Source: Balanoglossus misakiensis (lineage: Eukaryota > Animalia > Hemichordata). From it: a DNA stretch of 64,000 nucleotides. The notes beneath the pieces were generated by a model that had not been told where the DNA came from, did not search any database, and saw only the letters and a program-made list of their open reading frames with translations. Shown here piece by piece: positions 24,888 to 39,800 of the stretch (positions are counted from its first letter, which is position 1; each line of letters starts with the position of its first letter). The stretch is from NCBI GenBank assembly GCA_040954595.2, contig CM082585.2, positions 9,908,564-9,972,563 of the forward strand, given 5' to 3'. Both the position numbers and the translations under genes were made by a program.

Positions 24888-27800
24888 ATGGCGAGCGGGC
24901 TGTTGCAGGGAGAAGTAAAGTCGGGTCTTACCACACAGGAAAAGGACTTGCTCGCTGAGTTCGATAGGTGACAACATCCTACTATTTTTGACCGCTGCCT
25001 CCAAGTTCTGCCCCCTGTTGATAATTACAAGTATGCTAAATTTCCGTATTTTCATTTCAGTCGACTATTTGGATTTCTGAACTTCAATGGAGAAGGCGGG
25101 GCGGAGAAAAAGGCCCTTATTCAGAAGGTATGTCTTCACACTATTCTCTCCGTGTGCGATATATCGGTGTGAATGGGCTTCATAATATACACACAAAGAG
25201 TTATTCTTCCCTTGAAAATAACAAAATATCCAGACTCGGCCGAAGAGTTTGCTAACTTTCTCAAGAGGGTGCATTTTATAGTTGTCAAAAATGACAGCAT
25301 TGCTGTCAGCATTGGGCTTGATTTTCGGAGCGCCGTCCTCGAAATGGGGTACTTCGGAAAGTTTGATTGTTGGGACCAAAGTCAGTGTGTACGCAGCGCC
25401 ATGCAAGCATGCATGGACCCAACATGAAATGAATCCAAGATGGCGGGTTTGCGCTTGCAAAATGGTAGCGTTCTTTGTTTAAATTTCGTTATTGGCACGG
25501 CCAGTACCCTTGAAATCGACACAAGGTCTCCTAGTGGACGTCACGTACAATACTTGTAATTTTGGAATTTGTTTGGGGTACTGGCTAAGAAGTTCAGATC
25601 CGCTGTGGGATGGTGAAATGGTAACGGGACCTATCGGCGACGGAACCCGATTTACAAAATGTGGAGAGCGCCATGCAGCAGCCTAGTGTTTTTGTTTACT
25701 CGCAATATTGCCAACTGCAGTATCCCCGTGAGGACAAATGCACCCAGGAAAGCACACGTAGGGCTTCATAAAATTAAGCTGGCCGTTTCACCACCCCAGT
25801 GGCGGCCTAATGCCTGTTATTCATGCAGTGAAAACTTGTGTTTTGGTAGTGTTATCACTCCGCGCGATGGCGTTCGGCCATGTCACGCCCTTCTGTTAGA
25901 ACCAGGGAGATGACCAAGCGTGGCGGTTTGGACCCCCAAATTAACAAATTCAGATCCCGTGAAATGTTTGGGGAAGTGGTCTTCGCTGATATCACCACAC
26001 CGTGGCTACATATGTGACACTGCTGCAGTAGCCATCTTCCCGTGTTACTGCATAGCAGCAGTCGTTTACACTGACCTTGGCAAGGGTATGGTTGATGGCC
26101 AGCTTAGCAGGGATAGTAGAAATGGGGTCATTTCAGTGAAATGTACATGCACGATTATTTGTATTTCCGCCATGTTATTTAGAAGGTATAAACATGTACG
26201 GTCTTATCACAGATAACTGTTTTCCATGTCTAAACAATTGACCATTCTTTGTTGTAATTTGCACAACACAACAAACCAAAATGAAAAGAAACAACATTTC
26301 AGCATGGCTTCCTAAACTAGAATGTGTATTGTATTTTCCACGAAATACTACCATAAAACCACATGCTTTTGAAAAACATGTTTCTTGAAACAATTGATTG
26401 GTTGTATGGAAGTTCCGGAATGTACACAATAACAAAATGGTCATAAAGAGATCATTTTGAATATGAATGCACAAATCATGATGTATGATGATTTTAGTTG
26501 AATGAAGTAAGTTCATTGAACCCCACAAAAGGTTTGTGTATCTTAATCCAAAAAGAATCAATCAGTTGTATAGCTGGTGTGTTTATGATAATCTCAGAAC
26601 CATGCTTGCACAAACATGTCATCAATGTTGTAAAATGGCGCGGGCAAGATTCATACCAGAAGTCTAAAATAAATAATTGTATCGAAGTATAGGATTCAGA
26701 GTGTGTCAAATATCAGGGTCAATATCCTATAGGTTGATTGTCATGTCAAATGACCAGCTTACTTCTGTCAGTCTAGAAAATGCCAGGTGTCTTCCGCTGG
26801 GCACTCTGACCGGACGGGACATCTCTGGAGTCTGGCTACAGCTGGTCTGGGATGTGGTGTGTATTGCAGGAACACAGGCCAGTCCAGGGGCAAAACTAGA
26901 CCCAGTTATATCAGGTCAATCATTGCTGGTCATATTGCATGAGGTTTGCTTTCCCCTTGCTATGTAGGTCACAAAAATGGGATTGACGTGTGTTCTAATG
27001 AGCGTCCCATTGGGAAATTTTTTCCCTATGTTAGTAATTGATTTATTCTAAATTCTCTAAAAATTCTGGTACAGCAAGCAGTGAAACTTTGTATTTTGTG
27101 TGATTTGGCCACAACTTATTCTTAAGATCCCAGGAGTACGACTGCATAAGATATTGGGATTGACTATTTTTTCAATGGTCATCATAGAAACAATGCTATG
27201 GTTTTATCGCCTTGGTTTCCATTGATTGTGTGTGCTATTTTTGCAGCATCTAAATATATGATGTGCAGGCTTAAATAGATGTTACAGTGATCAAGTATCT
27301 TGACAGGGGAATTCTATCACTTCGTTTGAAATGGCAGGACAGTGTGATAAAACGAGTCTGTATGCTGGGAAGTGGCATTTTGGCATTTGAAGCAAGCATG
27401 TGTGCAAGTTAGTGGTCATAATGGTATCAGTGATCCCTCAAAAAGCCCATGTATGATGTACTGGTAGTAGAAGCATATAATTATACGTGGATATTGTACT
27501 GTATTTATTCCATTATATAACTCTCCTTCAGTTAGAGATCCATGAGAACTGATCTTAAAATTGATATAACCTATAAATTGAACAGTGTCAGTGTGTCACT
27601 AATTTATGCTAATTTATCCATCAAAAGTACAAGGACATGTCATGAGAAAATCTGCAATGACGCTGAACACAAAAACTATACATGTATACCATAAAAATAC
27701 ATTATATTCTAGTGTTTGGTTAACAATATTACAATACTGTAGATCATGGTTAATTTAATTAAGGAGTATTGGAAGCTATAATGTATAAGCAAACACGGAC

Positions 27801-30800
27801 AGGAATGGGTTTGCCAGCAAGTTGGGGGGTTAGTACCTGGTCATTTCAACCAGCTGATTGTATGAATAATTTACCTAGCGTCAGTACTCTCTCTACTACC
27901 GCTACTGCTGCTGCTGCTACTTCCATAGATTTTATTGCAAGGGCAGCCACCTTGACACAGTTTCCAACTTCCGTGAATAGAAACTCATTCCTTGCCCTTT
28001 GATAACTCTAGAGGGCTTCGGTTTTGTACGATTCCAAGAAGGCTATATAGATTCACCAATACTGATCTTTTTGTCTGTGGTTAAGGTCAAGCAAACACAT
28101 GTATTGATCAGCAGTGAGTGGTGGCTTTCATTTGGTGGTGATGTTTGCGTAATCACATAATTGATGAAGAAAATCCATACTCACTGCTCTGATATACTGT
28201 GTAATTGATTAATAAAGAATTCAAAGGTTCCAAATAAATGTCAAACCTTTTACTGTCATTTCTCTGAACTTGTTTCCAACCATGCCATTGAAAATGGTGG
28301 ATTGAACCAAACTTTGATGGTTACAGTGTGTCGTGGTGATGGATTTGATGTTTACCACTGAGCTGCCCGGTCGTAGCTTTTGGATTTGGGGTGACGGTCT
28401 TGTTTGCGTGTTGCTGGTCGACTTTGTCTTTTACATCATGGGCTTATGGTTTATGCTGATCCGTGTTGTGGCTGTGTCTGGTTCAAGAAACCTGCTTTCT
28501 TTTCAAACTTGGGGAATAGGGGTCACCACAGGTCAGAACGCTTGTTGATTATGTAAATGATTTCTTTGTGGTGTGGCAGGTGGCTGTTCAGAGATAGAAT
28601 CTGACATCTTTGTTGTTGTGGTAGTCAGTCTTGTGCAGGTTTCTTTCCGCCAGCAGTGGTACATTGTTAGTAATGTGTGTAATTGCTTGTGTGAGTTCAA
28701 CAACAGGTCAGCGATTGGAAAATAAGTCTGCCTTGTTCGTTAGCAACTAAACTCGGTTTTTATAGAGCAGAATGGCATCTTCGTCAGATTTGTAGGGAGC
28801 ATTTTTGTACAGATTTAAAAAAACAGCAGTAATACTCTTTGTGCAGACGTTTTAATTGATGGTTGAAAATGGTTATCAAAAGAAATGTATCAAATCCATG
28901 AGTAAATTTTATTATTGCCCCAGTACCCTACTTCAAGCTCATTTATAGTTGTGTGCACGATATCGTGGGAAGGTCAGAAAGATCTGTTACAACTGCAACA
29001 GGTGGTTGGAGTCGACATCTGTTGACATGGCAACAAGCCCCATCGGTCGTCATTTATAGGTGTGCGTTTTTCGTGTTATTGCTGTTGAGCCAAATCGTTG
29101 TTTGTTCCGTGAGGCCGGCGTTTTTAACGTGAAATTCTGACGTCGCTGGAATGCGAGTTTTTAACAAGCCATGGAGACGGAGCAATAACTTGCAGTGGAG
29201 TGAGTTGATATGATAAACAACAAGCTGATTGATTTTTAGTTTGCACTCTTTTTTGGCAAAAGTTGGATTTGTAGTTTCGTTTGTATAAGAGAACGTATGG
29301 CTGTCTTCTGTCTCCATTATCTTCAAACACGCCGTTATCATGATTTCGTATGCTGTGTTATATTTTTCTGATCACTTAGAAGCATCCTCTGAGGAGGAGA
29401 GACAACACATAGATAGATATTGTATTTCTGTCGTGCAGGTAGGGTATCACTTTTTTCCTTGAATAGAGTCCCATAGTAGTTTAAAATAGCGGTTTATCCT
29501 GTGTGCCAATTCGGTACCATGTGATACGAGGTTTGTGACGTGCACATGCTGAAAAAAAAGTATGGTGAGATTAATAGAGCGTGAAAGGCCATTTAGATCT
29601 CCCATTTTACATCAGCTTATCTGACTAACCCTGAAAATGGAATTGCCAAGAGAGAGCTTTCGCTTGAGAATCTTTGAACACTGAATGCAGAGGTCAAAGG
29701 TCACGAATGCCTTCTCTGCAGGCTGGTTGAGCGTTGTCCGTGAACTCCACTGATCCCATCCTCTGGGATGCAGGCTCTCTTGGGATAATTGAAAGGTTGA
29801 CTTCCTGACAAGGGCATCTTTAGAAGTAAGGTTTTATTGGGCCAGTATCTGTAACGTTTGGCTATGTTTCAATTTTTTATACTTTGTGTATCAACTACAA
29901 TTTCTTACCAAAGAATCCCCAAAACCCAGTCTTCTGCTCATCCACACAAATATTGGAAGAAAACTGTCTCTGAGAGTTTGTCGCATAAACATGAGTTCGC
30001 CATAGTGTGAAACGTTTCTGACTGAGGGGCATGCAAAGGTCGTGGGAGGTCATCCATAGTAGATTGTTTTGCTGAAGTAATCCATGGCAACCACAATCAC
30101 AGGATTGCCTGCAGAGTACTTGTGAGTCGGTGTTTGCCGAACGTTTGATAAATTCTTTACAGAGAAACATCTTTCATATTCCCTGCCTGATGTATTCACA
30201 TATAAGATAATAAATTCATAAAACTAAATAAGTAAAAATATGATGCGCACCACTGATACAAAAAATCTTTGAGACACAAGAATATATTCCGTAAAACCTG
30301 CAAATCCTATACCTCACATACAGAGCCCAAATAGCCATATATTGTGCCCTAATGTTGTAACTGTACATGTGTTGTCACACACCTTCATTTTGGGGAAGTG
30401 AAGAGATTGTCAGCCTTCGAATCAAAGCAGGTGAGACATGAATAAAATTATGCCGACGAATTGGCACCCAGCCAAAAGTAGGTTGCATCAGTCTCTCGGG
30501 ATATGGGGACACACGTACACATAAGTGCATCACCCTGACTCTGCGTGATGTGAGGATACAGAAAGTTAATGTCCGAGTGAATGCCAGTCATTACAGCAGT
30601 TGGTATCAGTTGAGTCAACTGTACAAATGTACATGTGACTGATGGTTGATAAACATTCTGCATGTTCAATTCAGGGTATTTGAATATTTTATAGCGATTG
30701 CATTTTTTTTAATTCTCAGATAACACATCGCCATTGCAGTCTGATTGAAAGAGTAGAAACAGTATAAACACTGCTTTCATAAAAGAACTATCTGGAAACG

Positions 30801-33800
30801 TGAAAAATAATTGACATAAAATTAACATTTAATAATTTACACATGTTGCAGTGGCTTGTAATTATATGTTTTTTACAACATGTTTATTCCTACTGTAATT
30901 TCAGCCTGCTTTAGGTGACCGAACAGTCACTCTAGTGATGGTTTTCACGACATTTCATCAACATTCTGCAGTCAACTGTGACTCGGTGACCTCCAGGTCA
31001 TGACCCTGGTTGTCAATCAACACTTTGAAGTAGGTCATCAGTGGATGGAGGTCAGAGTGGACTGAGATGTATACTGGACCTGGGGTGGGGTGGGATGGGG
31101 GGCTGTTGCTGGTAAGATGGGCAGATTTCAAGTTGTAGAGAGAATAACTAATTCGAAGAAATTAGTGCTTTTGATTGTAAGGGTGGGTAACCTTGTAAAT
31201 ATCAGAGGCATCAACGTTTTTTTCCAGTGCCCAAAACATATTCCCCAAACATCGACAAACAATGCTGATTTTTAAGAGAATAATCTAAAGATGCCTTGGG
31301 CAAAACATGAGAAAAGATTTAAGACTTTGATTTTCGTGGCGCAGTCTGTCTACAGTATTTGGTAAAAATTCTGCCTAATTAGTTCAAATAGAAGTTGATG
31401 AATAGATAAAACTTAAGCGTTGGTGAATGAATGAGTAATGCCTCTTCATTAGCACAGTAATCAGTTTAATTGTCAGATTGACTTTGATGCAGGAATATAC
31501 ACTGTGACCGAATTACCAGTCCTTTACCTGTAGGTTTTTATGGCCTGTCATAAAGCCCGTAAAATGTTTGAAACAGGTCTGTGTGTAGAAACAAACCGTC
31601 GGGGGTTCCACAAATCTCGCCTTTACGACAAAACTTCCCAGAAAGAGCCAATCAATCAATATCTAATGGTTTTAACTCATAGCTGGTGTTGCTAGGCAAT
31701 AGTAAATTGGTCAGTATTTGGGTATGTTCACTTTTCCAAACGTGGTTCTGCGTCTTCTTCCTGATAGCTAGTAAAAAATAAATTCACTTAGGATTTTAAG
31801 TAGAGTTTTCTGAGTGTAACAGAAGAGTTCAATCCATCATGTCAATTTACATTTTGCATAAAACATGCAAGTGCACTGACCACCTGCTTAAACTCAGTTC
31901 TTAGAAATTCTACTGGCAGCAGCATGAATATTTATAAGAAGTCATTGAATATTCATGAGAAATGGTGACATCATTTGTAATGAGATTATTTTCACTTCAT
32001 ATTGGTTGTATGGTACAGGTGAATGTTTGTAATGTTAGAGTTGCACATGATGAGAACAGTACAGTAGGCCTGTCATTATAAAATATCGCAGAGCAATAAC
32101 AATCTAATACAAGAACAAAAACATCAAAGATATAAATAAAAGACTGGATATTTTTGTTCAATGGTGTGCAGGTTCCCAGAACACATTCATGAAAATTCAA
32201 AGATGCCATAAAAGCCCACCTTTCACATTATCGAGCTTGGGCACTCAGAAGAGCTTTTATTTACTCTGGTGAAATATAAATAGAATACAGCTGAAGGGGA
32301 AACACTTACAGATTGAATGCTGCAGCCACAATCAACAGGTGAGACCATCTGTGTAAAGTACTCAGGGTTTGAAGGAGATCTGTCTATTCTCTGGTTTCAG
32401 ATCTGTCAGTGAGGAAATATGGCGCGTGATAACAAGCCTGCCCACCACTTTCAGACTGTCACACATGGACACACCAGAGGGCTTCTCTCACTTTCAATTC
32501 GGAGTTCAGTGACCTCTTGTGATTTTACAACATGTACATGTATGGAATCATCCATACATGTATATGTATTGTACATGAATAGCTCTGTATGTTGTTTAGA
32601 AAATAAAAAATGTCGGCTGTTGATATCGCGAACATTTCCCGTTTACAGTAGATAAACAACAGCATCAGAAGACTATGAAGATGCCCACTAATCATGTGTC
32701 ATATCAGTTGCCGTTTTTGAGCTTCATCTGCGAAAAAAGTCAAAATGGAACCATGATTTGACACAAAAACTTCAACTATGTAAGGTTGAAATCCTTGACC
32801 CAGTTGTTTTCCCCATATTAATTGTCATCAGAATTGCATTACACGATTATATCTACTTACACTCGTAGAGATCATGGTGGGCGTATCTGATTACCGTGGC
32901 TGTGTATCTGACAAACTGCATGGGCTGAAATATCAGCCACTAATTTCTGTAGATATTGTGTCAAACAAGTAAATTGAGTGTAATCACAGGAGATTGGGGA
33001 CCCCTGTCTGTGTTTGTATAGAGTTGTATGTGGATGATAGGTTTTGTCGGTGTATCACAGAAAAATGATGAGGAACTGGAAATGTGTCAGATGGTAGAAA
33101 TGAAAAATGATATCCCGGCGTATGATTCTTCCTACTGTCAGTCAATGGGACATAACAAGGTGATACTGCCCCCGTTTCTTGCGGAAGTGTCGTTCCTATT
33201 TTGATGGTAACCTGACCTACACAATATTGTCCAATGTTTGGGAATCATCTGAAGTCTTAGACATGTGTTGTAGTGACATTCGCCTGCTTGTGGAGACCTG
33301 GACCACAGTAGAGTGTCAGCTCCAGCTGGAAAACTTGACTGTTGAAAACGCTGACATTACAGAACGTAAGCATGTGATAGTCGCAAGACCAGTTCAGATT
33401 TGAACTGTTACTTGTCCGCTGGGAGCAGATGGACATATTCATAGTAACCATAGCGACGCTTTATGTCGAGAAGACCTGTGTGAACAGGAATATAAATGTC
33501 TGGTCAAACTGATACTGTGGCGTGTTTGTTGACTTACTGCCAGGCCAAGGTCATGGGTTACACAAATTGTTTGGGTTATCAGAGACAAGCATTTAGCGGG
33601 TCACGTGCAGTGTCCTCTACTGGGTATGCTAATCACATGTCATCTCACTACAGTGCTGCCTGAGAATATTTTTTCCAACATGTTCTTGTTTTTGCAAAAA
33701 GAAATTCACATGTGATGGAGACCCTTTTGAATTCACGATTGTTTCATGGGGTTTGCTTGTTTTTGGTTTGAATCATGGCCTCTTCTTTTGATATTAAACA

Positions 33801-36800
33801 TAAAGTGATCCACCTGTTCTAGTTGCAGTATCTTCGGGCACACTGCTGTTTAGAATTCAGATTTAGGAAAAAAAATGGGAGTATTTTGCCTCTGAAAGAA
33901 GACTTGTCAGCCGACTGCCACAGTTTAGGAGGTCACCGGAGGGCTTGACAACCTGCCAGCACTGTTCACATTGTTATCTGGTTGGCAACGTGCCAGTTGC
34001 AGACCGTTCCATTGTTCGAATTTGGAAAGGGGTGGTCTGTGTCCAACCCCAACCCAGCTCCGACTGTTTTTCGCTATTGACGATTGAAATTCCCAGCATT
34101 CGATGATCAGGTTGAAACTGGGAGGAATTCTTCGGCTGTTTGCGGTAATAAGATGTGTCCATAGTGTGTGAGTGATGAAAATCTGGCATTATGAGCAAGT
34201 TGTGTCTATTCGTGTCGAACAATGACCTGATTGAGTCTATAAATGTAGGTGCGGCAAGGAATGTGACCTTATGGACGCAGGTGACAGGGATCGAGCGATG
34301 TTTTTTATCGATCAGATTCAATTGACCCTTGACCCCCCCATTTCTAAGTATATCTGGCCCTTTGGAGACCGCCGGGGATTTTCCTGCGAGTCCCTAGCTT
34401 ACTGAATAATGGAGTTTTTCCAAAAGAGGGCATGGTTTAAGGGACCCCTAGCTCAAGGGAAATGGTTTGAATGGCACCTGCTCTGTGAAGGGTTACACAA
34501 ACACGATCTACAAACCGGGAAACGTCAGTCAAAGCAGTGTGTGCCAGTCATCGTTAATGTACTTATTTAATTTTATTTTCTTCAAATGACGTGACAAAGC
34601 ACGATTGCGGAACCCCTTCAGCAGCAATCAGACCCTGTTTGAAACTTGGAGTCTCTTGGCCATGATGTGGAATTTATCTCGGCAGGAGTTTCTGAAATTG
34701 CTAATTTTTGTTAAGGTCGCCCATTGGCAAGCTTTTAACCAGATCAATCAAATATCGGGGGCTCTACCCTACTTTCAATCATTCAATTTTCTTTAGTTGT
34801 TAGGTGTTCCATTCTACACGATGCAGGCTTGTTGTACTCAAGGGTTCAAACTCAAAAGCGGTGTGGTTTGGAGGGTTAGGAGTATAATTATTTATGAATG
34901 GACATGGTGTTACAGGTGTAATGAAAGATAATGAACTCTCACAGTTGAATTTGGTTGAATTTGCTAGGATAACGACCTTCGATGTTCGTAGACTCCTTTG
35001 CATATATTATGTGGATAATTCCACCATGAAATAACGGCCCACTGCAGGTAGATATTTTCTTATTTCACACAAGGAAGAGAAAAAAACACAACTTAAAATA
35101 TCATGAGAATCAATATAGTAATCATGTAAAAGGAATTTTAGGTGAATTTTTTGTCTCCAGTGTTAATCTAAGACACCCCAAAATATAATGGTGTAATACA
35201 AAACCTGCAATGTGTCTGAAAGTGAAAGTACCAATAAAAGAATTATAAAATCCTCACACAAGTAAATGGAAATGCTTGGCAGAAAATTTAATTAATTAGG
35301 TTGAAAAGTGTTTGACACATGGCAGGTCTCCGTATTATGTTACATTCAATAATTCAGTCTTGGAAAGGTGTTGAATATCACGACATTTCACGAGCACTTC
35401 TAATATTTACCCGGTTGTCATGGAAACTGGGTAGCCACTGGCTGCGGTTGGATTGATGCACAGTCTGAAAGCCCTGGCTGGCAAGAACCGGAAAATTTTC
35501 AAGTGCTTCAGTAAAATTGGAATGCTAGTCCTTCCCCAAGAGAATTTTCCATGTGATATTTTAATATTAGCATATGTGCCAAAAAACATCGCCCCCTTCG
35601 TCGTCGTCGTCATCATCATCATCATCATCATCATCACCACCACCACCACCACATTTGTCACTGCCATCATTGTCATACATCATCACTATGTGATGTTCGA
35701 CAGTTCAACCATGTCACCCGAGGTGAACAGGTCGTCTGGCGCGAGTGGTAGAGGGCGCTGTTTACCAGTCGTTCAATGTCAGCGCGACCTTGTTATGGCC
35801 CACTTTCTCCAGTGTAGTGCAGTCAATGATAGACAATGAAGTCATGAACACACACACAGAGTTGGCCTGTCAGTGCAGCTACACTCTCTCACAACTCCAA
35901 GATCTTGCATTGTTGATCTGCTTTCTCTACTGAATACTGATGCCCCTGACACAGCGCGGACCCAGCATTCTGGCCAGCTACTCTTGTCCAGCCAAGCTAG
36001 GTCGGGCCTTGGCTTGGCTTTAAGGACATTTGAGTGGCCAGTGAGATGGCTTATAACACAAGCAGCACCGTTTTTGCGAATCAGATCAATGAAGTATTCT
36101 TTTTCACTTAAAATTATTGTCCAAATATGTGTGCTGTCTTGAAGATATTATTCAAAATATCTATTCAGAGCCCTGGGTTATGGTGACACCACTTTGCTTT
36201 ACATTTCAAGCGTGTTGAAATATGTGATTTGTCTCCTTAAAATAGAAATACGAGTTAATCTGTCGACCATCTGTGTGTTGAGTGTGGGGTCTCAGACTGA
36301 GTACAAGATTTATAGGGTAGTGAAAGTACACTTGGACATAGAGGGCGCTATGTAGGTGTCCCGGGCAGTGTAATCTCTGTCTGTGAGCTCTCCCTGCCCA
36401 GTAATTCAGTATTTTCTGATAAATGGTCTTTTGTCTGATAGGATTAAGTTCTAAAAATGGATGATAATTCCTTGGGGTACAGATGTATCGCATGATGAAG
36501 AATGCATTTAGACAGTATTATAGTGACAATCAAAATGAGTTAATTGTAAGTTCCCCCTCTAACAGATACCGGTTTCTTTCTGGTTTGTCCCACAGGGCAT
36601 CGATGAATATGATCAGCTGCTGAAAGTCAAGAAGGATGGAGCAGAGGAAGAAGTGGAAGTGAACCCCCAAATGTTCTGCCATTTGGGACATCTTCATCTT
36701 TTACTTGAAGACTATGCAAAGGGTAGGAACGGTGTTGTTTTTTGGATCCCTTTTGGTATGCACATGTGCAAAAGACGATTGCCGACCTTTAACCATCATG

Positions 36801-39800
36801 GCTGTCTCTCCTCTAAGGTCTGCGAGTCACCCCAAAATGGCCTGGTTCCATTCGGTGGTAGACTCATTTCTTTGGGATGGGTCATATTTCTATAACCCAC
36901 ATGGCCAGTCACAAAAATATGTTTATATCACATTGATCTGATCAGCAATTTTTTTCCCACTTCACCGCAGCTTTGTCAGCCTATCAAAAGTTCTTTAGCA
37001 AGCAGGAAGACCATTGGAAGGTAGGTCCATTTCTATTTCTACATTTCTATAATGGTGCATATCCGACCGAGACTTGTATTAAATATGTTTGCTTTCAGTC
37101 AGTGGATAGAAATACTATGCCTATTTGCTTTGTACATGGTATGTAGTGAGCAATAAATCATTTATTTTTGATATTACATACAGAAATAATCAAAACTGAT
37201 GACATCATGAGGAGGATCAATAGTGTTCTTTTTCATGTTTTGTCTTATTTTTCACAAGTCGGGTACTATTCACACTCACAGATATGCACACACACAAACA
37301 CACATACACTTCATCTAACCTCCAGTGTAGCATTTTCTCAGACCTTTTTCACAGTATCCTGACCTATTTTTGCAATCTACTCAGACAGCATTCCAAAATT
37401 ATTCCCCCACAAATCATCTTAAAATGCTAGAAGGGGTAGTGTTGACCTCTTAGTATCTCGATATACACTGACCTTTCACTGACCTCCTGTCCCATCTTGT
37501 GGGAGGAGCTTCAGGGCTGACTCAGGTGATTGGCACCTGTCAAATTAAACTAGATTTGCAGCATTCCCCTCTAACTTAGGATTTCAAGGATTTTGCATGG
37601 GTTGTACCATTTGTTGGGAGGGGGAGAAGCATGTGAATGATAGTGGAAGGGACACATGTCGTCTGGTTTGGGAAATCTGTTGTGATGGGAGTAAATTATC
37701 CATACGCTGCAAATAAAAACCTGTCCACACAAGAAAATTAATATTCTCTCAGTTGTTTATTAGTTAAAAATACCAGGTATACAGTTGGTTGAATTCTCAT
37801 CAAATTAGAAATAACAGTTTTAAAATTCAGTTGAAATATTTTTGTGTACCCCAAAATGTTCAGATCACATTAAAAAAATCTTCTATGCAGTCGTATTAGA
37901 TTCTACATCAAAATTAAAAAAAAATCAAAAACTGACCTACCAATATAGTTAATACTGTTCCACGACGACTGCTATCATTTTCCAAATTGTGTACTTCAAT
38001 ATTTGCAGCAATAAGATTTGCACCCTCTTGAACACCCCTACCATCAAATGGTTCCTCCCTGGCAAATCAAATATATTTCAGAATACCCCCTCCGTGACAC
38101 CTGCCAAATTGCAACCAACCCTACCCCAGTAATACCATATAGGCTATTCAGCTAAGAGACTAACAGACTTATTTAATACACTGAGAAATCATCATCTTGT
38201 ATAGAGCACATTCACAGATCAAATTTGCATTTTGTCCATTTCTTTCTTCCAGGACGCACCCTTTCTTTATGGCCTTGGCATTGTCTATTTTCACTTTAAT
38301 GCCTTTCAGTGGTAAGTACACCCACCAGATATTTTTAGTGCATCTACAATTTGTATTTTGTGTGTGTCTACAATTTGTATATTACATGATTTTACATGCA
38401 TGTGTATGTCTGTGTCTGTGAAAGAGAGACAGAGAATTTGGGGTTCTTTGAACCTCAGCTGTTTTACCACATTCATTTGTCTGATTCCAGTCAGAGAAAA
38501 AAATATATAATTTCATCAGAAATTCCCCTTTCTTCTTCCTGACTCAGTGCGCTTGTTATCAGAACAGTGCCTGCCTTTATTCGGAAGCTGCATAGAATGT
38601 AACTTAGTGTTGTAGATAGTGAGAGTGTTTCCACGGCAACCTGACAAAAAATGTAGGATTTGAGAGCAGTGCTCATGAAGCCAAGAGGTGTACAACGGGA
38701 GGAACATGATTTGATGGTCTGTGCAAAGCAGAGAGAGGCCTTTTTTGTCTCTCTCTGAATTCAATTTTACTGTCAGTGCATGATGCTGACACCATAAAGA
38801 AAACTTGTGATGTATTTGAATCTTGCATCTGCACTTTGTAGATCTGATGGCAGTTCTCTCGCAAAAAAATACAAATGATTTTAACAATGTAGTACACGTT
38901 CCTTTTCAATTTATTTAACTCTTCAAATTCCATGTTTCGGAACAAACCGCAATAAAAAAGACCAAGTACTCAGTGAAAAAATGTGTTTTGAAACAAAATA
39001 AATTAAGCAATATTCCGAATATATCGTTCACACTTATTGCATAACAAAATGATACCACAGGTTAATATAATGATTTGTCAGAAATTAAAATTTTGGTTTC
39101 GGAATATAGACATGAAATATAATTCTGCCAATGTAGAACCCTTCCCAGTCATAGACACACTGGGCTTTGGGTGTCTGCCAGCTGACAGACCATTTATCCA
39201 GGTCAGTTCTTGCCTGGCATTGCTGCGGTGTGATTTCATTAAAACAACTGTTGGTGGTGCCCTACTGGGCATGCCCAGCACACGCTGATGTCACTTCCTG
39301 TCAACGCCGGCCAATGAACTTCATGGATTATGGATTACTTCTAATATATGCGTCCTGATGATGTCAGTCCTCAATTTTTCTCTCACTGAGTTCATGACTA
39401 TCAATACCCATTCAACTACGCTTCATTTTAATGCAAATATAAAAAAATGTATTCATTCAAAGGACAGAAATTTGCGTTTTTTTGTGTGTGTGTGGCATAT
39501 CCATTTAAATTGAGTATTTTTCTACCATTACAATGTTGGCAAATATATATTCATGTTATTTGGCTATAAATAATACGTCTTACTCAAATGTGAATCAAAA
39601 TCAGGGTGAGCAAGAGCACCCAAGCTTGATGGTTGTGGTTCAGATACGTCATCAATAATATAGTGCATTGTGAGAATAATCTTCAAAATTGGCGTGGCAA
39701 GCAGAACAGGAATTAATACATTGTGAATATCCAACCCATTCCTACTGTTTTCAGTTTTATCAAATGTAACACCACTTTGATTGATACGTGCATTATTTCC

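Noticed and set aside
35407-35839. ORFs with poly-Met/Val/Ile/Thr runs
   Set aside because: Translation of a compound microsatellite.
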